NCBI GenBank assembly: GCA_018713005.1
Contig: DVFX01000015.1
Location: forward strand, 10,699-74,698
Direction of reading: 5' to 3'
Source of the DNA: Candidatus Scatomorpha gallistercoris
Lineage (GTDB): Bacteria > Bacillota > Clostridia > Oscillospirales > Oscillospiraceae
DNA: 64,000 nt
Shown piece by piece: positions 46,069 through 56,018 of this stretch. Both the position numbers and the translations under genes were made by a program. Positions within the stretch are counted from its first letter, which is position 1, and each line of letters starts with the position of its first letter. The notes under the pieces are model-generated. The model was given only the letters and a program-made list of their open reading frames with translations, was not told where the DNA came from and made no database searches.

Positions 46069-47424
46069 ATGAGACTGTTTTTAGCAATCCTACTTTGTAA
46101 GCTCAGCCGCGCGGCGCTCAGAATCCTGGGCCGCGGCGGCACGGCGCTGCCGGGCTCGCTGGCGCTGAAGCTGTGCCCCGACATAGTCGCGCGTCTCTCG
46201 CGCGGCGTGCGCACCGTCATGGTCACGGGCACGAACGGCAAGACCACCACCTGCCGCATGATAGAGCAGATGCTGCTCGACGCGAAGATTGACTGCATGG
46301 CCAACCGCTCCGGCTCCAACCTTGAGCGCGGCATCGCGGCCGACCTCTGTGCCAATGCCAGCCTCACCGGGCGGCCGAAAAAGCGCACCGCCGTCATAGA
46401 GTGCGACGAGGCCGCGTTCAAACGCGTCTGCGGCGAGATAAACCCCGAGGTCGTAGTGGTGACGAACATTTTCCGCGACCAGCTCGACCGCTACGGCGAG
46501 GTGACCCACACGCTCGAGAGCATACGCATAGGCCTCGAGAGCGCGCAGCGTGCGACGGTCTGCCTCGACGCGGACGACTCGCTTGTCGCCTCGCTGGCGC
46601 CCGACGCGCCCGACCGCGTGCGCTTCTTCGGCATAGACGCCGCGCTCGGCCAGGGCAGCGAGATATCCGACGCGCCCAGGTGCATAGTCTGCGGCGCGGA
46701 GTACGAGTACGATTTCCACACCTTCGCCCACCTGGGCGGATTCAAGTGTCCGAAGTGCGGCTACAGCCGTACCGAGCCGGACGTCGCCGTGGCCGGGGTG
46801 GACACTCTGGGGCCGGACGGCTCCGTCTTTGAGATACGCGTGGACGGAGAGTACTACACAGCCGCGCTCAGTCTGCCCGCAGCCTATAACCTCTACAACG
46901 CCGCCGCGGCCGTCGCCGCCGCGACAGCTCTCGGCGTAGGGGCCGAGGGCGCGCTCAAGAGCCTTTCGCACATAGAGAGCGGCTTCGGGCGCATGGAGCG
47001 TTTCGAGCTCGGCAAGGCCAAGGTCACGATGGTGCTGGTCAAAAACCCTGCGGGCTGCGACCGCGCCATAGACTACCTCGCCGGACAGAATTTCGGCACC
47101 GCCGTGTTCTGCTTGAACGACGGGCAGGCCGACGGCACGGACGTGTCCTGGATATGGGACGCGGGCTTCGAGCGCATCTTCGCCGGAGGCAAGGCGCCGC
47201 AGCGCCTGATAGTCTCAGGTACGCGCGCCGAGGACATGCGCCTCAGGCTGAAATATGCCGGGGCGGGCGAGGGCTCCGTCACCATCATCCGCGACGTCGT
47301 GGAGCTCACCGACGCCATAGCGCAGTGCGAGGGGACGGTCTGCGTCATGCCCACTTACACCGCCATGCTGCCGCTGAGGGCCGAGCTGGCCGAGCGCGTG
47401 GGCAGAAAGGAGTTCTGGAAATAA
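46069..47424 (+). CDS. murT: Lipid II isoglutaminyl synthase, Mur-ligase-like subunit MurT
   Basis: It has the P-loop VTGTNGKTTT, a Cys4 insertion CIVCG...CPKCG and a DUF1727-like C terminus. It is followed by gatD. Confidence 0.85.
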   Translation: MRLFLAILLCKLSRAALRILGRGGTALPGSLALKLCPDIVARLSRGVRTVMVTGTNGKTTTCRMIEQMLLDAKIDCMANRSGSNLERGIAADLCANASLTGRPKKRTAVIECDEAAFKRVCGEINPEVVVVTNIFRDQLDRYGEVTHTLESIRIGLESAQRATVCLDADDSLVASLAPDAPDRVRFFGIDAALGQGSEISDAPRCIVCGAEYEYDFHTFAHLGGFKCPKCGYSRTEPDVAVAGVDTLGPDGSVFEIRVDGEYYTAALSLPAAYNLYNAAAAVAAATALGVGAEGALKSLSHIESGFGRMERFELGKAKVTMVLVKNPAGCDRAIDYLAGQNFGTAVFCLNDGQADGTDVSWIWDAGFERIFAGGKAPQRLIVSGTRAEDMRLRLKYAGAGEGSVTIIRDVVELTDAIAQCEGTVCVMPTYTAMLPLRAELAERVGRKEFWK

Positions 47425-48149
47425 TGGAGCTTCACATCTGTCATATGTACCCGGACGTGCTGAACCTCTACGGAGATAGGGGCAACGTGCTGTGCATGAA
47501 AAAGCGCCTGGAGTGGCGCGGCATAGCCTGTAAAGTATCTGAGCTGCCGATAGGCGAGCGGGCGCCGCTGGACAAGTACGACCTCTTCTTCATCGGCGGC
47601 GGGCAGGACTTTGAGCAGAGCCTGCTCTTGGACGATTTGCGCTCGGGCAAGGGCGACGACATCAAGGCCGCCGTCGAGGACGGCAAGGCCTTCCTGTGCG
47701 TCTGCGGCGGCTACCAGCTCATGGGCCACAGCTATGAGACCCATGAGGGCGAGCGCTTCAAGTTCCTCGGCGCGCTAGACCTCGTCACCGTGGGCCAGAA
47801 GGAACGCATGATAGGCAACTTCGCCTTCGAGACCGAGTACGGCACCGTCGTCGGCTTTGAGAACCACTCGGGCCGCACAAAGCTGGGCTCCGGCCTCTCC
47901 CCGCTGGGCAAGGTCATAGTGGGCTGCGGCAACAACGGACAGGACGGCACCGAGGGCGCGCACTACAAGAACGTGTTCGGTACCTACAGCCACGGCCCGG
48001 TACTGCCCAAGAACCCCGGACTGTGCGACGCCATACTCCTCGCGGCGCTCAGGCGCAAATACGGCGATGCGGAGCTGACTCCGCTCAGCGACAAAAGCGA
48101 GCGCGAGGCGCACGACAGCGTCCTGCGCAGCCTGACCGAAAACGCATAA
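47424..48149 (+). CDS. gatD: Lipid II isoglutaminyl synthase, glutaminase subunit GatD (CobQ-type GATase)
   Basis: It starts MELHICHMYPDVLNLYGDRGN and has the catalytic Cys context VCGGYQLMG. It overlaps murT at TAATG. Confidence 0.85.
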   Translation: MELHICHMYPDVLNLYGDRGNVLCMKKRLEWRGIACKVSELPIGERAPLDKYDLFFIGGGQDFEQSLLLDDLRSGKGDDIKAAVEDGKAFLCVCGGYQLMGHSYETHEGERFKFLGALDLVTVGQKERMIGNFAFETEYGTVVGFENHSGRTKLGSGLSPLGKVIVGCGNNGQDGTEGAHYKNVFGTYSHGPVLPKNPGLCDAILLAALRRKYGDAELTPLSDKSEREAHDSVLRSLTENA

Positions 48150-48153
48150 CGCG

Positions 48154-48181
48154 AAAAAGCTCCCCAAACGGGGAGCTTTTT
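48154..48181. terminator. Bidirectional rho-independent terminator
   Basis: The hairpin is AAAAAGCTCCCC-AAAC-GGGGAGCTTTTT, between convergent genes. Confidence 0.85.
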
Positions 48182-48215
48182 CGTATATGGAGTGTGGAAC
48201 CGGTATAAAAGCGTG

Positions 48216-49244
48216 TCAGATAACGCCCCAGTCGGGGACCTTTACAGTCACCTGCTCCTCGCTGGACTTCTTAGCGGCGAGGGAGTAGATGAGGGCGCTT
48301 ATGCCGTCGGCAAGCGGCGTGTCAAACTCGCGGCCCTCCTTGAGGCACTTCTGGAAGGCCTCGTGGGCGTAGAAGATGACGTCGCCTGTGGCCAAATCAT
48401 AGCTGTCGTTGAACTTGATGCTCTCGGCATACGGCATGTCCTCGGTCTTCCAGGTGAGGTTTGTGAACTCAAACATGCCCTCGCCGGTCAGGAAGATGCT
48501 GCCCTTTGTGCCGATGTAGGCGCGCGAGCAGGTGGGGATGTCGCAGGCCCAGCTCGCCGCGATGGTGCCGATGGCGCCGTTGCGCAGGCGGATGGAAATG
48601 CTGGTGTGGTTGTCGAACTTGGGCACGCTGGCGATGGTGCCGGTGTAGTTGCAGCTTATGGTGTCAAAGCCGCCCGCCATGGCGGTGATGAGCTTCCAGT
48701 CGTGGCTGACGCTCTCAACGGTCATGCCGCAGGCCAGATCTGGGTCGGTGCGCCAGGAGGCGCCGAGATTCTTTGCGTGGAAGCCGAAACCTGGGCTCAG
48801 ACGGGAGAAGGCAATGTCGACGGGCTCGCCGAACATGCCGGTCTTGACCAGCTCGAGCATCTTCTGGTACGCGGGGCGGTAGTAGTGGGCGAAGCCGACC
48901 ATTATCCTGCCCTCGTACTTGTCGGCCATCTCCTTTATCTTCATGGCGTCCTCCAGCGTGGCGCTGACGGGCTTCTCCATGTAGAGGGGGACGTGGTGCT
49001 TGAGCACCATCTCGACGTAGTCGAGCCTCTTGGTGGGCGGGGTGGAGATAACGGCGTAGTCAGCCTGGGCGACAAGGCCCTCAATCTCGTCATAGCCGAC
49101 GGCCGGGCAGCCGAACTCGTCGGAGACTATTTTGGCGTTCGTCTCGCTTATGTCGAAGCAGCCGTTGATGCTGCCGCCCAGGCGGACGACGGCGCGGCCG
49201 TGGTGGCGGGCGATGTCGCCGCAGCCTATGAGGAATACTTTCAT
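48216..49244 (-). CDS. Gfo/Idh/MocA-family NAD(P)-dependent oxidoreductase
   Basis: It has the N-terminal Rossmann motif MKVFLIGCGDIARHH and the motif EKPV. Confidence 0.85.
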   Translation of the reverse strand: MKVFLIGCGDIARHHGRAVVRLGGSINGCFDISETNAKIVSDEFGCPAVGYDEIEGLVAQADYAVISTPPTKRLDYVEMVLKHHVPLYMEKPVSATLEDAMKIKEMADKYEGRIMVGFAHYYRPAYQKMLELVKTGMFGEPVDIAFSRLSPGFGFHAKNLGASWRTDPDLACGMTVESVSHDWKLITAMAGGFDTISCNYTGTIASVPKFDNHTSISIRLRNGAIGTIAASWACDIPTCSRAYIGTKGSIFLTGEGMFEFTNLTWKTEDMPYAESIKFNDSYDLATGDVIFYAHEAFQKCLKEGREFDTPLADGISALIYSLAAKKSSEEQVTVKVPDWGVI

Positions 49245-49260
49245 TTGACAGCCTCCTTAA

Positions 49261-50199
49261 TTACTTGACCATGCCGAGAACGGAGCTGACGATGTTCTCG
49301 CTGGTGATGCCGTTCATCTCGAGCAGGCGCTCATAGGGCGCGCTCTGGCCGAACTGGTCCTGAATGCCGATACGCTTGACCTGGCCCTTGCCCATTTCGG
49401 CGGCGACGCAGCAGACGGCGCTGCCCAGGCCATTGATGATGTTGTGGTCCTCGACGGTGACTATCCTGCCGCAGTCATTGACGCAGGCGGCGACGGCTTC
49501 GGTGTCGAGGGGCTTTATGGTGTGCATATCCAGCACGCGGGCGTTCACGCCCTGGGCGGCGAGGGCCTCTGCGGCGGCAAGGGCGAGGCACACGGTGTCG
49601 CCGTTGGCGATTATGGCGGCGTCGGAGCCCTCGCGCAGGACCTTGGCCTTGCCTATTTCGAACTCGTCGTCGGGGCCGTAGATGACGGGGACGGCGTCGC
49701 GGGTGAAGCGCAGGTACACGGGACCGTCGAAGCCGGCGGCGGCCGCGACCAGCTTGCGCGCGGCGTAGTAGTCTGCGGGCATGATTACGGTCATGTTTGG
49801 GATAGTGGAGAGGATGCCTATGTCCTCGATGCACTGATGGCTTGCGCCGTCGTTGGCGGGAGTGACGCCGCCGTGGGAGCAGGCGAGCTTCACGTTCAGG
49901 TGCGGATAGCAGGCCTCCTGGCGAATCATTTCGACCATGCGCATGCTGCCGAAGGCGGCGTAGGTGACGACGAAGGGAATCTTGCCGCAGGTGGCGAGGC
50001 CGGCGGCCACGCCGGCGGCGTTCTGCTCTGCTATGCCGACGTTCAGGTACTGCGCGGGCAGCTCTTTGCGGAAGGCGCCGGTCTTGCAGCTCTTGCCGAT
50101 GTCAACGTCAACAACGAGAACGTTGGAATTGGCCCTTCCCAGCTCGACGATCTCGTCGCCGAAGCCGTCGCGGGTAGCTTTTTTCACTATTTCGCTCAT
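49261..50199 (-). CDS. Transketolase, C-terminal (pyrimidine-binding) subunit, copy 1
   Basis: It starts MSEIVKKATRDGFGDEIVELG and contains ...GIAEQNAAGVAAGLA...GASHQCIEDI. The start is at ATG 50199 after AAGGAGGG. Confidence 0.9.
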   Translation of the reverse strand: MSEIVKKATRDGFGDEIVELGRANSNVLVVDVDIGKSCKTGAFRKELPAQYLNVGIAEQNAAGVAAGLATCGKIPFVVTYAAFGSMRMVEMIRQEACYPHLNVKLACSHGGVTPANDGASHQCIEDIGILSTIPNMTVIMPADYYAARKLVAAAAGFDGPVYLRFTRDAVPVIYGPDDEFEIGKAKVLREGSDAAIIANGDTVCLALAAAEALAAQGVNARVLDMHTIKPLDTEAVAACVNDCGRIVTVEDHNIINGLGSAVCCVAAEMGKGQVKRIGIQDQFGQSAPYERLLEMNGITSENIVSSVLGMVK

Positions 50200-50213
50200 T
50201 TCAAGACCCTCCT

Positions 50214-51056
50214 TCAGCACTCGACGTACTGCTGCCCGAGCTCGGCCATAGCCTGCTCGTACTGCTCCTTGTTGGGAGCGGTGCCGTGCCAGCCAACCTG
50301 GTTCTCCATGTAGGAGACGCCGTTGCCCTTGACGGTGTGGCCGAAGATGCACTTGGGCCTGCCGTTCTTTACGCTGACAGCGAGGTCGAGGGCGTTGACC
50401 ATTTCCTCCATGTCGTTGCCGTTTATCTCGTAGACGTCAAAGCCGAAGGCCTTGAACTTGTTGCCGAGGTCAACGGGGGGCATTATCTCGTCGCAGGTGC
50501 CGTCCAGCTGCAGATTGTTGTAGTCGACGAATACGATGAGGTTGTCGCACTTGTACTTGTAAGCGGTGCCGCAGGCCTCCCATATCTCGCCCTCATTGCA
50601 CTCGCCGTCGCCGACAGCCACAAAGACGCGGTAGTCCCTGCCGTCCAGCTTGGCGGCGATGGCCATGCCCACGCCGCAGGCGAGGCCCTGGCCCAGAGAG
50701 CCGGTGGAAATATCTATGCCGGGGCACTTCTTCATGTCGGGGTGTCCCTGGAGTGGGGACCCCTCCTTGCGGAGGGTGTCCAGCACTTCCATGGGGAAGA
50801 AACCGCGCATGGCGAGGGCGGCGTACTGCGCCGGGCAGACATGGCCCTTGCTCATGACAAAGCGGTCGCGGTCGGCCCATTTGGGGTTCTGCGGGTCGAC
50901 GTTCATCTCGCGGAAATAGCAGGCGGTGACGAACTCGGCGACGGAGAGGCTTCCGCCGGGGTGACCGCTCTGCGCCTTGTAAATCATATCAATCACGTGC
51001 TTTTTCAGGTCTATGCAGGTGTTTTTAAGCTGAGAGACGCTCATCTGCTCTTTCAT
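50214..51056 (-). CDS. Transketolase, N-terminal (TPP-binding) subunit, copy 1
   Basis: It contains SGHPGGSLS, DRFVMSKGH and GDGECNEGEIWEA. The start is at ATG 51056 after AAAGGTGA. Confidence 0.9.
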   Translation of the reverse strand: MKEQMSVSQLKNTCIDLKKHVIDMIYKAQSGHPGGSLSVAEFVTACYFREMNVDPQNPKWADRDRFVMSKGHVCPAQYAALAMRGFFPMEVLDTLRKEGSPLQGHPDMKKCPGIDISTGSLGQGLACGVGMAIAAKLDGRDYRVFVAVGDGECNEGEIWEACGTAYKYKCDNLIVFVDYNNLQLDGTCDEIMPPVDLGNKFKAFGFDVYEINGNDMEEMVNALDLAVSVKNGRPKCIFGHTVKGNGVSYMENQVGWHGTAPNKEQYEQAMAELGQQYVEC

Positions 51057-51085
51057 TGTTATCACCTTTCTTTAAAAGAGGCGGT

Positions 51086-52375
51086 TCAGGATGTGAATAT
51101 CGTGCTTATGCCGGGTATGTATGTGATGATAAGCAGGACGATAAGCGACGCCAAGATTAACGGTACAACCGCCTTCGAAATCTGCTTCAGGTTGACCTTA
51201 GCAACGCCGCAGGCGACGTACAGGTCGACGCCGACAGGCGGGGTGTAGAGACCGATGGCGAGGTTGACTATCATTACGACGCCGAGATGTATCAGGTCGA
51301 CGCCGAGAGCCTGGGCGACCGGGACGAAGAGCGGCGTAAAGATATACAGCGCGCTCGTGGAGTCCAGGAAGCAGCCGGCAATGAGCAGGATGATGTTGAC
51401 GATGATGAAGAAGATGATGGTGCTGCCGCCGGTGAGGTCGGTGAGCGCGCCGGAGATGGCGAGGTCGAGGCGGCTGCGGGTGAGCACGTAGGAGAACATA
51501 CTTGCAGTCGCGGTGATAAACAGGACGGTGGCGGAGGTGCTGGCGGAGTCGATGATAATCGCCTTCAGCTCCTTGAACTTGACGGTCTTGTAGACGAATA
51601 CGCCGATTACCAGGCCGTAGACGACGGACACGGCGGCGGCCTCGGTCGGGGTGAAGATACCGCCGTAGATGCCGCCGAGGATAATCACCGGCATCAGCAG
51701 GCCCCAGAAGGCCTGCTTGAAGGCGACCCAGCGGTCGTGCCAGCTGGCCTTGGGCAGCTTGACAAGGTTGGCCTTGCGCCCGAGCAGCAGCGCGGCGGCT
51801 ATGAGCGCGGCGCCCATGATGAGTCCCGGGATTACGCCGGCCTTGAAGAGGTCGCCGATACCTACGCCGGACGCTATGGAGCCGTACACGACGAAGGTGA
51901 TGGAGGGCGGGATTATAACGCCTATCGCGCCGGCGCTCGCCATGAGCGCGGCGGAAAAGCTCGGGCTGTAGCCGGAGCGTATCATGCCGGGAATCATTAC
52001 GAGGCCCAGGGCGGCGACGGTGGCCGGGCCGGAGCCGGAGATGGCGGCGAAGAAGCAGGAGACTATGACGCAGACGATGGCGAGGCCGCCGCGAAGGTGT
52101 CCGACGCAGGCCTCGGCGAGATTAATCAGTCGTTTGGATATCTGCGCCTTGTCCATGATGTTGCCGGCGAGGATGAAGTAGGGGATGGCCAGCAGGACGA
52201 ATTTGCTCATCGAAGAGCTGAACATCTGCGGCATGGCGCTCATTACGGTGTCCAGAGGACGTCCGGCGCCCTGCACCAGCATGGCGATTACGCTGGATAC
52301 GCCCAGGCAGACGGCTATCGGCGCGCCCATTATGAGAAGCAGGGCGAAGCTTATGAACAGTACGGCGGCTATCAT
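51086..52375 (-). CDS. TRAP transporter large permease (DctM family)
   Basis: This 429-aa polytopic protein has typical DctM sequence. It overlaps the dctQ stop. Confidence 0.9.
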   Translation of the reverse strand: MIAAVLFISFALLLIMGAPIAVCLGVSSVIAMLVQGAGRPLDTVMSAMPQMFSSSMSKFVLLAIPYFILAGNIMDKAQISKRLINLAEACVGHLRGGLAIVCVIVSCFFAAISGSGPATVAALGLVMIPGMIRSGYSPSFSAALMASAGAIGVIIPPSITFVVYGSIASGVGIGDLFKAGVIPGLIMGAALIAAALLLGRKANLVKLPKASWHDRWVAFKQAFWGLLMPVIILGGIYGGIFTPTEAAAVSVVYGLVIGVFVYKTVKFKELKAIIIDSASTSATVLFITATASMFSYVLTRSRLDLAISGALTDLTGGSTIIFFIIVNIILLIAGCFLDSTSALYIFTPLFVPVAQALGVDLIHLGVVMIVNLAIGLYTPPVGVDLYVACGVAKVNLKQISKAVVPLILASLIVLLIITYIPGISTIFTS

Positions 52376-52881
52376 TTACTTAGCTCCTCCTTTCCTTCAG
52401 CAGACTCGGGCTTGACGCGGGCCTCCTCAATGGTGGCCTGGGCAAAGCGTATGGTTATGAATACTGCGCCGAAGGGGACGAAGGTGGCGTAAATCCACTC
52501 GGGCCACTGCATTGCGGCGGTGACCATGCCGAGGTTGTACTGGTTCATTACCATGAGCACGCCGTAGTAGACGAGCACGGCGGAGAACACGGTGCACAGG
52601 CCGTAGACAAACACCAGCAGAGCCTTGCGTGCCTTGAAGTTCACGGCGTCGGGCAGGATGGTCAGGCCCAGGTGGGCGCGGCGCTTGGCGGCAATGGCGG
52701 TGCCCATCATGCTCAACAGGATGAACAGGTATGTGGCTATCTCCTCGGAGAAGGCCAGAGAGCCTATGCCGGTCCAGCGGCAGACGACGTTTGCAAAGGT
52801 GATGCAGACCATCACTATCGTGCAGATAATGCAGATTATCTCTTCTATACGGTCGAGTATTTTATTAATCATATCGCGCAC
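52372..52881 (-). CDS. TRAP transporter small permease (DctQ family)
   Basis: It is 169 aa with 4 TM helices and lies between the dctP-like and dctM-like genes. Confidence 0.85.
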   Translation of the reverse strand: MRDMINKILDRIEEIICIICTIVMVCITFANVVCRWTGIGSLAFSEEIATYLFILLSMMGTAIAAKRRAHLGLTILPDAVNFKARKALLVFVYGLCTVFSAVLVYYGVLMVMNQYNLGMVTAAMQWPEWIYATFVPFGAVFITIRFAQATIEEARVKPESAEGKEELSK

Positions 52882-52887
52882 CTCCCA

Positions 52888-53913
52888 TTAAGCTCCGATG
52901 CCGAAGGAGGCGCAGGCTTCCTCGCCGAAGTAGTCGAACATTTCCTGCTTGAAATCGGCGACGGCCTCCTCGAAGGCGGCCTTTTCCTCGTCGGTGAGGT
53001 AGGTGACGGTCATGCCCTCTTCCTTGAACTTCTCAATGGTCTCGGCCTCCTCGTTGACAAGGGTCTCGCGGCCCCAGTTGCACGCCTCGACGGCGCACTC
53101 CTGAAGCAGCTCGCGGGTCTTGGGTTCGAGGCTCTCCCAGACCTCGGTGTTGGCGATAAAGAGGTCGCTCTCGTAGGAGTAGTTCCAGAGGGTCAGATAG
53201 TCCTGAACCTCGTACATCTTGGAGGAATCGGTTATCGAGACGCCGTTCTCCTGCCCGTCAAGGGTGCCCTGCTGTATGGCGGTAAAGACCTCGGACCAGT
53301 TCATGGCGGTGGGGTCGGCGCCGAGGGCGCGGAAGAAGCCCATGAAAACAACGCTGCCGGGGACACGGATTTTCAGGTGCTGGACATCCTCGGGGGTGCG
53401 GACCTCGTGCTTGGAGTTGGTCAGCTGACGGAAGCCGTTGTGGAAGCTGCCGAGGTAGGTCATGCCCTTCGCGGCGAGACGCTCGGCGTAGTAATCCTTG
53501 CCGGTTGAATCTATGACCTCGACAGCTTCGTCGTAGTCCTCAAATATCCAGGGGATTGTGGCCACGGGCAGCTTCTCGTCTATGACGGCGAGGGTGCAGG
53601 TGGCGTAGGCCGCTAGGTCCACGCTGCCGGAAGCTATCATCTCGATCCCTCGGGAAGCGTTGCCGTTGGCCAGCTGGTCGTTCGGGAACACCGCAACGGT
53701 GATGTTGCCGCCGGAGCGCTCCTCAACGAGCTGGGCGAAATAGTCGCCCACGCGGGCGTCTATCTGCGTGTCGGTGCCGTTGACAGCCATGGTCAGCTCT
53801 ATGGTCTGATACTCGCCGTCGGCCGTGTCGCCCGGGGTGTTGCCCTGGCAGCCGGAGAGGACGAGAACAAGCGCAAGAGCCAGGCATGCAACTCGTAAAA
53901 CGTTTCTTCTCAT
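52888..53913 (-). CDS. TRAP transporter substrate-binding lipoprotein (DctP family)
   Basis: It has the lipobox LVLSGC and DctP-type sequence (…FHNGFRQLTNSKHEVRTPEDVQHLKIRVPGS…). Confidence 0.9.
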   Translation of the reverse strand: MRRNVLRVACLALALVLVLSGCQGNTPGDTADGEYQTIELTMAVNGTDTQIDARVGDYFAQLVEERSGGNITVAVFPNDQLANGNASRGIEMIASGSVDLAAYATCTLAVIDEKLPVATIPWIFEDYDEAVEVIDSTGKDYYAERLAAKGMTYLGSFHNGFRQLTNSKHEVRTPEDVQHLKIRVPGSVVFMGFFRALGADPTAMNWSEVFTAIQQGTLDGQENGVSITDSSKMYEVQDYLTLWNYSYESDLFIANTEVWESLEPKTRELLQECAVEACNWGRETLVNEEAETIEKFKEEGMTVTYLTDEEKAAFEEAVADFKQEMFDYFGEEACASFGIGA

Positions 53914-54115
53914 TTTCTGCCTCCTATTCTTCTTTCTCCCTCAAATTTGCAGGACACAGCGCGCGGACGACTTGTATGGTACATTACTGACGTCTGTTAT
54001 ACTATGTCCTTTGTCTGACATACACATGGTAGCATGAACCATTTTCTTCGTCAACCTCACGAATTCGATTTTCGCTTTTGTTCAATTTCAAAGGTCATAA
54101 TTTGTTTACAATTTA

Positions 54116-54158
54116 CAAGAAAAGAACCGGCAAAGGGCTTTTTGGCCCTGAGCCGGTT
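54116..54158 (-). terminator. Rho-independent terminator after the FadR-type regulator gene
   Basis: The interrupted stem AACCGGC..AGGGC/GCCCT..GCCGGTT is followed on the minus strand by CTTTTCTTG. Confidence 0.55.
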
Positions 54159-54181
54159 AGAAAATTAACCATCTTTGTCTT

Positions 54182-54901
54182 TTATTTGACAACATCGAGG
54201 AAATAGGTACTGTGCACAAACTCCTCAAGGCCGTCGAGGCTGCCGCTTTCCAGTATGCCGTAGAGCTTCCAGTGCACATCTATATGCTCACGTGAGCGGC
54301 CGGTTTTTATCATCGTTTCAACCGTCTTGCGGCGCACGGCGTAGGTGAGGGTGCGCACGACGCGGTTTATCTTGTCGGCGAGCTCGTTCTTACACAGGGC
54401 GGAGACAGCGTCGTGGAAGGCGTCGTCCGCGCGGAAGGCGCAGCCCACTATGTCGCCGCCAAGCTTACCGCAGGCGGCGTCCTCGAACTCTTCAAGCGCG
54501 CTGCGCACCTTGGCCATACCCTCGGGCGTTTTCTTTTTTACGGCGAGGCGGATGATGCCCACCTCAATGAGCTCGCGCAGCTCCATCAGGCTGTCGAAGT
54601 CCTGGCCTTGGAGTATTATGCCGTAGACCATGGGGTCTATCATGCTCTCCTGGAAGCCGCCGGCCACAAAGGTGCCCTCAGAGCGGCGGGACACAAGCAC
54701 GCCCAGGTAGGTCAGTATCTTGGTCGCCTCGCGCACGCTGGTGCGCGCCACGCCCAGCTGGGCGGCAAGCTCGGGTTCGCTCGGCAGCTTGTCGCCGGGT
54801 TTGAGCTGGCCGGAGACCATACCGTCGGTGAGGCAGTTTATCACCTGCTGAACTACGGACTCGGTCTTTAAGTTTTTAAGATAGTTTGCCTGCTCTGCCA
54901 C
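54182..54901 (-). CDS. GntR-family transcriptional regulator, FadR subfamily (FCD domain)
   Basis: The wHTH reads LPSEPELAAQLGVARTSVREATKILTYLGVL and there is a helical FCD-like C terminus. The start is taken at GTG 54901 after GGGAGAG. The maximal ORF reaches 54943. Confidence 0.85.
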   Translation of the reverse strand: MAEQANYLKNLKTESVVQQVINCLTDGMVSGQLKPGDKLPSEPELAAQLGVARTSVREATKILTYLGVLVSRRSEGTFVAGGFQESMIDPMVYGIILQGQDFDSLMELRELIEVGIIRLAVKKKTPEGMAKVRSALEEFEDAACGKLGGDIVGCAFRADDAFHDAVSALCKNELADKINRVVRTLTYAVRRKTVETMIKTGRSREHIDVHWKLYGILESGSLDGLEEFVHSTYFLDVVK

Positions 54902-55069
54902 TGCGCATCTCTCCCGTCCGCCGGGTTGGGGCAAATTCAGCACCCCTCGACGGCATTTTCATATGTATGACAAAAATACTACTATTACCTTAACCTATTT
55001 TTGACGTTTAGTCAAGTGGAGTAAATCTAACATCAGACATTAGCATGTGTTAATAAGGGCAAAATATGC

Positions 55070-55101
55070 AAAAAAAGCGCCCCACCTCGGCGGTGGGGCG
55101 C
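55070..55101 (-). terminator. Rho-independent terminator after degV
   Basis: The stem GCGCCCCACC/GGTGGGGCGC is followed by TTTTTTT on the minus strand. Confidence 0.8.
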
Positions 55102-55106
55102 CTGGC

Positions 55107-55982
55107 TCAAGTCCTTGTCTTGCCTATGAAGAACACGGCTACCAGTCCGGGGCCGGTGTGGGCGCCGATGATTGGGCCGATGTGCGTGTAGAAGATGTCC
55201 TTGAAGCCGCACTCGCGCTGCATAGCCTCGGCGAACTCGCGGGCCTTCTCGGGGGCGTCGGCCTCGGAGACAACCAGGGTCTGATTCTCGGGGTCAATTA
55301 CTAGCTCCTTGACGTCCTGCACCATCTTCTTGAAGCAGGACTTGTCTCCGCGCACCTTCTGCCAGACTTCGAGGTGGCCCTCATAGTCGAGGTGCATAAT
55401 GGGCACAATCTTCAGGGCGGTTCCGAAGGCGGCGCTGGTGCGGCTGACGCGTCCGCCTCGGTACAGGTAGGTGAGGTCGTTTGTGGTGAAGATGCTGTTG
55501 ACCTCGTGATGTATGCTTTCAAGGTCGTTGGCGTTGTCCTCGAGGGACATGCCGCCGTCGCGGTTTGACGCGGCGCGCATGACCAGCAGACCGAAACCGG
55601 CGGAGGCGTTTGCGCTGTCGACTACGCGGCAGGTCCAGCCGGGATACTCTTCCATGAGCTGGGCCGCGGCGCTGCGGGCGTTGTCGCAGCTGCCGGAGAT
55701 GGCGAGAGCGAGGGATATGTGAAGCACGTCCTTGCCCTGCTCGGCGAGAGGACGCCAGAAGTCAAGGAACTCGCCGGGATTTATCTGGCTCGTCTTGGCG
55801 ACGCCGCCGGCGCGCATAAGACGGTAAAACTCCTTGAAACTCTCCTCCGTCATCTCGTCGACCATGGGCTCGCCGTCCATGGTGAAGGGCATCTTGTAGG
55901 GGAGAACGTCGATTTCACGGCATTTTTCAAGAGAGAGGTCGCAGCCGGAGTCGGCTGTTATCTGATAGGTCTTTTCACTCAT
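55107..55982 (-). CDS. DegV-family fatty-acid-binding protein
   Basis: It contains ITADSGCDLS..., ...KTSQINPGEF..., ...LYRGGRVS.... Confidence 0.9.
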   Translation of the reverse strand: MSEKTYQITADSGCDLSLEKCREIDVLPYKMPFTMDGEPMVDEMTEESFKEFYRLMRAGGVAKTSQINPGEFLDFWRPLAEQGKDVLHISLALAISGSCDNARSAAAQLMEEYPGWTCRVVDSANASAGFGLLVMRAASNRDGGMSLEDNANDLESIHHEVNSIFTTNDLTYLYRGGRVSRTSAAFGTALKIVPIMHLDYEGHLEVWQKVRGDKSCFKKMVQDVKELVIDPENQTLVVSEADAPEKAREFAEAMQRECGFKDIFYTHIGPIIGAHTGPGLVAVFFIGKTRT

Positions 55983-56018
55983 TGCTTCTAACCTTTCTTT
56001 GCAAGATTATCATGGGAA

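Noticed and set aside
53914-54115. I looked for a specific FadR-type operator in the TRAP operon promoter region. Candidates were the palindromes TGTC-T-GACA, GACGTC and TATGTC-N8-GACATA, plus TTGAC-N5-GTCAA at 55001-55015 upstream of the regulator gene.
   Set aside because: Several short palindromes exist, but none is shared convincingly between the two promoter regions. I cannot distinguish signal from chance.
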